A DNA stretch of 64,000 nt, taken from Octopus sinensis. Lineage: Eukaryota. Position 1 is the stretch's first letter, and every line of letters starts with the position of its first letter. The stretch lies in the NCBI RefSeq assembly GCF_006345805.1, contig NC_043022.1, positions 13,268,001 through 13,332,000 of the forward strand. Direction: 5' to 3'. Below, in pieces: positions 55,741 through 64,000 of this stretch. The notes below the pieces were generated by a model, which saw only the letters and a program-made list of their open reading frames with translations, ran no database searches and had not been told where the DNA came from. The position numbers were made by a program, and so were the translations under genes.

Positions 55741-55986
55741 TTTTTCACCACCCGTCTTTTTTTTTTTTTTCGTGAATTCTCCGTATATATATATAATTTT
55801 ATTGTGTCTAGTGAGAGTCATTCTGTTTTAATGCCTTATTAATTAACACACTCAGCGGTTCGATTGCCACAATGTCAACGACTATTGAAGAGGTTGCAAG
55901 AAGCAACGAAAATTCTAGAAAATATAAATAAATGAGTGGAAATCGAAACTTTGAGGAAGTGTTTTGTATATACATGTATGTGTATT

Positions 55987-56028
<42 letters not shown>

Positions 56029-56913
56029 TTCGTACACATTCATACATACATGTGTGTATGCGTGTTTGTATGAATGTATGTATGTGTATATATATAGATA
56101 TATGTATATATATATATACACACTCACACAAATACACATACATATATGTATGTGTGTGCGTCTGTGCATGCGCAAATTAATGTCTGTCTGCACACCATTT
56201 CATCTCTGGTATTGGCCTGTTCCCATCTCCCCATATTTTTTCCAGCAAAGAGGCACTAATACAAAAAGAACTTGACCTAAAAAGAATATGGCCCGGCGTC
56301 TAACATTTCGAGGCGATGCCCAGCATGGCTGCTGTCCAACGACTGAAAAAAGTAAAGGACAAAAAGAAGAAAAGCGGATTATCATGGACCCTCTTTCTCT
56401 CTCTCTCTATCTCTCTCTCTCTCTCAAACAAGTAACTCACTTCTTGGCCGAGTTCCAGAGAGGCTTACCCACATATCATCTTCTCATTTGATAGGCTTTC
56501 ATTTACTCAAAACCCTTGTCCACAACGGTAAGATGAAAGGAAACTGTGAAAAGACTCTTAACACATTTTCTAAATTCGCAAGTCGCGTTCAGTCGGTTGT
56601 GATTATTTCAAAATTTAAGTTTTTTTTTTCTTTTTACAAATCTCATACTTGCTACCCGCCATTTTTCTTGCGTACCCATTTGTGTTACCGCGACCCCTCG
56701 TTTAAAGAATTCTAGAATGAATCCTGGAAGGCAATGCCCCAACATGGCTACAGACAAATAACTGAAACAAATAAACGAACATGTGTGCATGTTTGTTTAT
56801 TTATGTGAGTGTGCGTGTGTGCATGTATGTATACATAAGAAAGTGTTTAACTCATCTTTAATAATCAGTTACTATTGTTCCGTTACCACTCTCACCCTCT
56901 CTTTCTAAATATG

Positions 56914-56958
<45 letters not shown>

Positions 56959-57537
56959 TTGAATACACACATTCATATACACACACATTCAACACGTGCA
57001 ATCGTTAATCCAGGCACGTCTCTTTGTTTTTGTCCTTTCTGCATCTGTTTTCTCTCCCCATTCCGTTTTCTAAAAGAGCGTAGGCTGGAAACGTCAAAGC
57101 CTTCTTCCATTTTCCCGAAGCGTCAAACTAATACCTCTTTACTGGTCTTTCACCTGTCTTTTCTTTTTGTATAACTTTGAACCATATACGTGTGTATGTG
57201 TGTTTGTGTTTGTGGGGACTTGCATGTGTGTGTGTGTGTTTGTGTGTGGGGGTCTTGAATATGTGTGTGTATGTGTGTGTGTTTGTGTGTGGGGGTCTTG
57301 AATATGTGTATGTATGTGTGTGTGCGTCTGTGTGTAGGTATGTATATATACAATATTTGCTGTATTCTTTTCTCTTAGACTTCTATTGAACTCAGCAGTT
57401 AGATTGCAGCCATGCTGGAGCACCAGAGGTTAGAACTTACTTCGAAAAGGACTATTTGCCGAATGGCTAAGTTACTGCACGTCAATTCACGTAACATAAA
57501 CAAACACATGAACACACACCCTCATGAGCGCGCGTGC

Positions 57538-57587
<50 letters not shown>

Positions 57588-57677
57588 ACATAAACACACG
57601 ATTTATTGGCACACATCAATCGATAGAGTTACATACCACGCTACTCGTCATTATTACAGAGGGGAGAGAAAGAGTGA

Positions 57678-57709
<32 letters not shown>

Positions 57710-57934
57710 AACCTATTTTTGTACCAGTTCATAAATATGGATGACCATGATTGTATAAAATATTTATTGAATACTGTTACTAATAAATATTCATGGCAGC
57801 AACTCAATGGTCTTTCATAAAACCTCTGTGGAAAATGAACGTTGTTTAATGTAATGTGTGGCGATGTGGTTGTGTAGTTGGGTGGGTGTCTGTGCTGTTG
57901 TCTTTTTCTTTTGGTGGCTGTAGTAGCAGTAGTG

Positions 57935-57968
<34 letters not shown>

Positions 57969-58254
57969 AGGCAATGGATGTGGTGGTGATGGTTGTGGTG
58001 ATAATGGTGTGTGTGCACGTATGTGTTTGTGTTAGAAGTGTGTGCGTGTTTGTGTGTTTGTGTCCTATATGTAACTGTGCGTCTAAATCTATATGTGTCA
58101 GAGAGAGTTCAAGGTTTTCCACTCAAGGTGTTTGTGTGTTCGTGAAGGTACGAGTGTGTGTGTGTGTCGTATGAACGCTGTGAAAATAAAAGGAAAAATA
58201 GAAGCTTGAGTAACTGATTCCAAGCCAGTAGACTGTGGCTGTTTCCAGAGCCGA

Positions 58255-58455
58255 TACGGGAGTCCTCTCTTGGTGGTCGTTCGATCTGTTGGAAATAGCA
58301 GCCAAATCTCCTTGAGAGAAGCACAATACCAACATAAAAAAAAGTAAAAGGAACGACATTATTAGATCGTGTGATCCTTGATACACTATCCCGGAAAGAG
58401 AAATTCTGGAATGCCTTTCATCATATGCTTGCTCAATGAAAATTTGCCCGAGGTT
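58255..58455 (+). repeat. ~200-bp dispersed repeat family with a gaaatagcagccaaatctccc core (copies at ~26750-26935, 27830-28015, 49830-49945, 50900-51035, 62475-62660)
   Basis: Shared blocks are gaaatagca(g/a)c(c/t)aa, tgtagtcctagatacac and cctggggctaaacaa. Confidence 0.65.
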
Positions 58456-58699
58456 ATGGAATCACCGTCACCGCCGCCGCCATCGCCACCGCTGCTGCCA
58501 CCACTACCGCCACCGCTGCTACCACCACCACCACCACCACAGCAACAACATCAATAACAACAACATTCACTGAATATCACTGGAACCTACCAAGAAGGTT
58601 CTACCTCAGTGATAGTGATGTAAACTGTGCGCCGCCACCTGTACAAGCTTTTACAGAAGACCCAAAATTCCACCACCACCTTGCTACGCTCCTACTCCA

Positions 58700-59125
58700 C
58701 ATGCTCTTTCCTTAACGACCACCAGTACGGTTTCGTAAAGGCGGCGAGCTGGCAGAAACGTTAGCGCGGCGGGCGAAATGCTTGGCGGTATTTCGCCTGC
58801 TGCTACGTTCTGAGTTCAAATTCCGCCGAGGTCGACTTTGCCTTTCATCCTTTCGGGGTCGATTAAATAAGTACCAGTTACGCACTGGGGTCGATGTAGT
58901 CGATTTAATCCCGTTGTCTGTCCTTGTTTGCCCCCTCTGTGTTTAGCCCCTTGTGGGCAATAAAGAAATAGGTTTCGTAAAGCCAGATTCCATTGGAGAC
59001 CCACTCTCCTCTGTCATCACCATTGGGCTTTTATCTCGGAGATATTGAGTGAAAGCGATGTTATTACCCTTGCCATCAGCAAAGCTTTTGATCATATCAA
59101 GCGTGCAAATTTCTTATCGAAGGTT
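58700..59125 (+). mobile_element. Decayed non-LTR reverse transcriptase fragment (CR1/L2/Jockey group) split by a SINE
   Basis: Removing the SINE at 58741-58970 joins LNDHQYGF.. to ..DVITLAISKAFDHIKRANFLSK, the QxGF and D.SKAFD RT motifs, with frameshifts. Confidence 0.7.
58741..58970 (+). mobile_element. Full-length tRNA-derived SINE with Nin/Deu-like domain, with target-site duplication
   Basis: Head is gcggcgagctggcagaa..gagttcaaattcc and body is gcctttcatcctttcggggtcgattaaataagtaccag. The 12-bp direct repeat GGTTTCGTAAAG occurs at 58729-58740 and 58971-58982. Confidence 0.85.
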
Positions 59126-61691
59126 TTTGATCACAGCCAGGAACTTGCTCTACCACCACCACTACCACCATTTTCAAACCGCCGACTATAGGAGCTGCAG
59201 GTTATTAGAATGTAAATAAGTGTTTGTGTCTTGTCCATGCATCTTGTGATGCGTGCCAGCAGTGGACACATCGCTGGGTCTTAAGTAGATTACGACTATG
59301 GACTGTAATTTTAAAATAAACCCTCTTTAAAAGTAGGCGCAAGTATGGCTGTATGATTAAAAGTTCGCCTCACAACCACGTGATGCCTGGTCCTGCTCTA
59401 CTGCGCAGCAGCTAAGGCGCGCGCGTCTTTTCCTGTTGCCCAGAGTCGATTACTGCTTTGTGAGTGAATCTGGCATGTATGTTTGTAATTCTTTCTAAAT
59501 TTGGCACAAGACCAGTAATGTTGAGGGAAGGCGAAGTGAAAGTACATCGATTCCAGTTCTCAACTGGTACTTGTTTTATTGAACCCGCTATGGTGAATGC
59601 AAAGTCGACCTCAGCAACATTTGAATTTAGAACACGAAGAGCCTGGAAATGGTGGTAGTGGTGGTGGTAGAGCGGCGTAAAAGGGTCGCTTTAAGTAATA
59701 AGAGTTGATAAGGTTCTAACAGCAATCCTAGTGCCGAAAAGGGCTATCATGGGCCCTAATTTCACAGTGAAACTAAATGTGTGTATATACATATACATAA
59801 AAATAAGTGCGTGCGTATGTATGTATGTATGTATGTATAGATTACTTGATCCCATACATGCATGTATACACACGTGACTGGGGTAGAAGTTGCTTATTGA
59901 AATTACTTTTGACCGAAGCCTTTTAGATAACAATGAACGCTTCAAATCTCTCTCTCTCTATCTCTAGCTATATATATATGTGTGTGTGTGTATGTAGTGG
60001 AGGGAACTTACAATCACAAAATATTTTCAATTGCATGTGTGTTTGTGTGTGTTTGTGCGTTCGTAATTTATCGACTTCACCCGCACATACACTCACAATA
60101 CATTATGCGATCACTTAGCAACATCAAAAACCCCTTTTCCACCTGCTGCCCTTCCAATTCAATCACTTTACATTCCTCTCCGACTCTGCCTTACATTACC
60201 CAGCCATTTACTCCCCCACCGCTTGCTTATATTACCCAGCGATTTACAACAGGAAGTGACATGTCATAATCTCGAGACAAGTCGTTTTCTTTGACCATGT
60301 TGTTGCTGTTACTGTTGTTGTTGCTGTTGTTGTTCTTATTCCCGCTTTTGTTATTGTTGCTTCGGTTGTTGTTATAACTAGGTTTATAGTGCTGCTGCTT
60401 CGGCTGCTGCTGCTGCTATCGTTGTTGCAGTTGTTACTCTCGCATTTGTTGTTGCTGCAGCTGTTGTTATTGTTGTTGTTGTTGTTGTTGTTGTTGCCTG
60501 TCCCTGTTGTTTTTATTCTGGCTTTTTATTGCTGCTGTTGTTGTTTTTACAGCCAGCTTAAATCAGAATTGCCTTTCAATCATGGCTGCATAGTTGACGT
60601 GTACATTGAGTTATAGAGACACGTATAAACACACACGCACACAAATGCATATATGTGTTTGAGAGTGTGTTCGTGGCCTCATGTGTCTGTATTATGGCAC
60701 GTTGCAACTGGTGTGCTTCTATCAATATATGCACATATACGTTCCTATCTTTATCTAATATCTACCTAGCTATCTATATGTGTGTATGTGTTTATCTATA
60801 TATCTGTGCGTATATAAACATGCCCACACAGGCATTTAGATACACATACGTATGCATAAACACTCTTACATACACACAAATATGTGTGTGTTTGCGTGCA
60901 TACTTTATGTATAGCATGTTGCTAGTGGTGTGCTTTTATGAACACTATCAATACTTATATAAATGCATACAAAAACATATATACACAAAAATGCATATAT
61001 GTATCTATGAATGTGTGTGTGTGTGTTTGCAAGTTGCAAGTTGGTGTGCTTTTGTGAATTCTGTCAATGATGGTGATTTTTGAAGAAGAGACAACAACAA
61101 TATTAAGTCGGAAGCTAATATTCCAACTACATTGACAGTATAAATTGAAATGGAGGTGAAACGAAGACGAAAACTAATATAAGATGATGCTGATGTGTGG
61201 GCGAGCGGCAGAAATAGGTTTTTCAAGATAACACGTTTACATGGCGTGGCTCGGGTGTACATTTAACAGAGAAACAATGGCGTCGAATATTGATTTTTTT
61301 TCTTTCTTTAATACTGGTAAAAATGTTTTATATATTTGTAGGAATAACCTAGAGCTGATTGAAGTACAATAGTGTGTGACTGGTATGTAACCGACCGTAT
61401 GGTATACAGAAAGGAAAAATAGTAAATCTATGACCAGTGTTGGTGGGTTTTGAACGCATCTGGAGATTGACCTGGAAAGCAAGTCAAACAACAAGCTGTT
61501 GTTTTTTTTTTTTATCTCGAGACTAAATACTGCTTTAGAATATCTTTGAACATAGCACACGCACACAAGAATGGATTGTTTCATTGTTTTACTACCACAA
61601 ACACACACACAAGAAGAGAATGTAGAAAATATATGCATGTATATAAGTGTATATATATATAGAGAGAGAGAGAATATATATATATTTATGA

Positions 61692-61747
<56 letters not shown>

Positions 61748-61752
61748 GATAT

Positions 61753-61784
<32 letters not shown>

Positions 61785-61785
61785 C

Positions 61786-61934
<149 letters not shown>

Positions 61935-62942
61935 TGTTAGATAAAGTAGATATTTATATATACATATAGATGGGGCTCCCGTTGGGGGCCTGCGAAACTT
62001 GAAGTAGCACGGAACCGAATCAAACTCTTAAATAATAACATGTATACATGTGTGTGTATGTGTATGCGTTCTTACAGAAGAAAGCGATCTAGTGAGCCAT
62101 AATAAAAAAAACTGAATTTCGGCTGTTTTAAGCATTGTGGGTTACGAATCTGTAACGTGGTGGTGGTGGTAGCAGCAACTAGGGTTCTTGGTGCACTAGA
62201 TAATTTCCTTTATATTATTCTTAGCGTTATATATATATATGCGTATGTTTAGTATGTTTATACAAACACACTTACATTCACACATACATATGTATAAATA
62301 TATATATATATACATACATATATATGTATATATATATATATATGTGTATACATACATACATATATCTATCTATCTATCTATATATATATATATATATAAA
62401 CTGCAGTTAGTAGCCAATATAAAGCTTATAAACCAAACTACCCGGTTGATACCAGAATTAAATTGATAAATGTAACTACGGAACCTCTTCGAGGTCAGTC
62501 GATTCGGAAGAAATAGCAACCAAGTTTCCTTCAATCCACAACACTCCGTCTTACAAAGGAAAGAACACATTGGGCAACGTTGTCTTAAATAAACCCGATT
62601 TGAATAAAGGGCTATACGTCTGCTCAATCAAGCCTTTCCTGGGGCTAAACAATATCAACGAATGTGTGTGTACCTCTGTCGATCTCATTTCGTCTGTGCA
62701 CATAGATGGATGTGTGTATATGTGTTTGTATTTGTGTGTGTAGATAAAGAGGAAATGAGAGAGAGAGAGGAAGATGACTGTATGTAATTCTTTCATTTAT
62801 GCTAGAATTTTGCAGTTGATAAATTGTTTAAAATTACTCTCGAAGTGGTTTAGTTACACTGGATTCAAAATAATATCTATCTATAAATCTATACACGCAC
62901 ACGTATAATATATATGTATATATGTACGTATCTATGTGTATA

Positions 62943-62996
<54 letters not shown>

Positions 62997-63142
62997 GTAT
63001 GTGTTCCAGGTGTATTTGCTTTCAGTGTGTTTATATACATGGAGAGAGATGGAGAGAGGAGAGAGAGTGAGAGATGTATGTATACGTATGCTCAAATAAA
63101 CCTATACATACACACATGTACACACTGATCCACACAATAGTG

Positions 63143-63223
<81 letters not shown>

Positions 63224-64000
63224 TTATATGCCGCCATCCATGTGTGAGAACTGTGCTAGGTTGTAGCAGCTGGCTCTTAATACTTCTTAGCTGTTAGCTC
63301 GGTCTACCATTAATTGTTGAGAACCATTTAGATAGCTATTTTGCTGCCAGTTAGCATTTATGTACATATGTGGGCTGGCTGATACAACGTCCTTCTCTCT
63401 CTTTCACCCTCTCTCTCTCGTACTCCTTCTCTGTCTTTCACCTCCTCTCTCTCTCTGTCTCCATCTCTACCGTCGCCATTTTCTTCCTTCTTTTTAACGT
63501 TTCTCTCTCTCTATTCTTCTTTAGTTTTTAATTTGTTTTCCTCTTACTTTGGATATAATTACCTGAATGAGAATGATTGAGTTCTATTTTTTAGCATTAT
63601 TATTATTATTATTATTAGTTACATTTATTTCCTTCGTTTTCTTGTTGCTTTCTTCCTAATCCCCAAACACCCCTGTCCCTTATCCCATCATCCTCCATTC
63701 TCCCCCCCCTCCACTCCATCCAATTTTTATTCTTTTTTTATCTTTATTTTTACTTTTATTTCATTTAATCTTATATGTTCCGTTTTCCATTTCGAAATGC
63801 AAGCATGTTTTCTAAACGTGACTTTTTAATCTGATGTGAACTCATACAAAAGACACAAATGGACGTGATGGCAGAAACATTTTTTTACTTTACTCCAAGC
63901 TATTAATATTTTCTCTCGTCTTCCCCTCCTCCCCATCTTCCTTCTTACTCTTTTCCCTCTCTTTCTTTTATCTCTCTCGTCTCCGTCCATCCCTCTTTTG

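Overview
AT-rich, microsatellite-saturated animal genomic DNA. The SINE and microsatellite repertoire points to an octopus (coleoid cephalopod); this is an inference. Nearly all ORFs in the track are translations of simple repeats. Two real genes diverge head-to-head, each seen only as its first coding exon. The first is a SPEN/SHARP (split ends) orthologue on the minus strand: an 83-nt exon at 20718-20800, missed by the ORF track, with intron 1 running past position 1. The second is an Atu3266/Oant2987-like metal-dependent amidohydrolase on the plus strand (33669-34254), with no downstream exon recognised. The rest consists of several tRNA-derived SINE families, an RTE LINE 3' fragment, a decayed LINE RT, hAT and other MITEs, two ~0.5-0.6 kb tandem duplications and minisatellites. 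The most interesting signal is a set of short elements inserted in (TA)n tracts. They form fold-back inverted repeats and carry minimal or variant hammerhead-like ribozyme folds, a sequence-divergent but structure-conserved TGAG-hairpin terminus, and a recurrent GAAATAGCAG motif. They are probably Penelope-like element termini.
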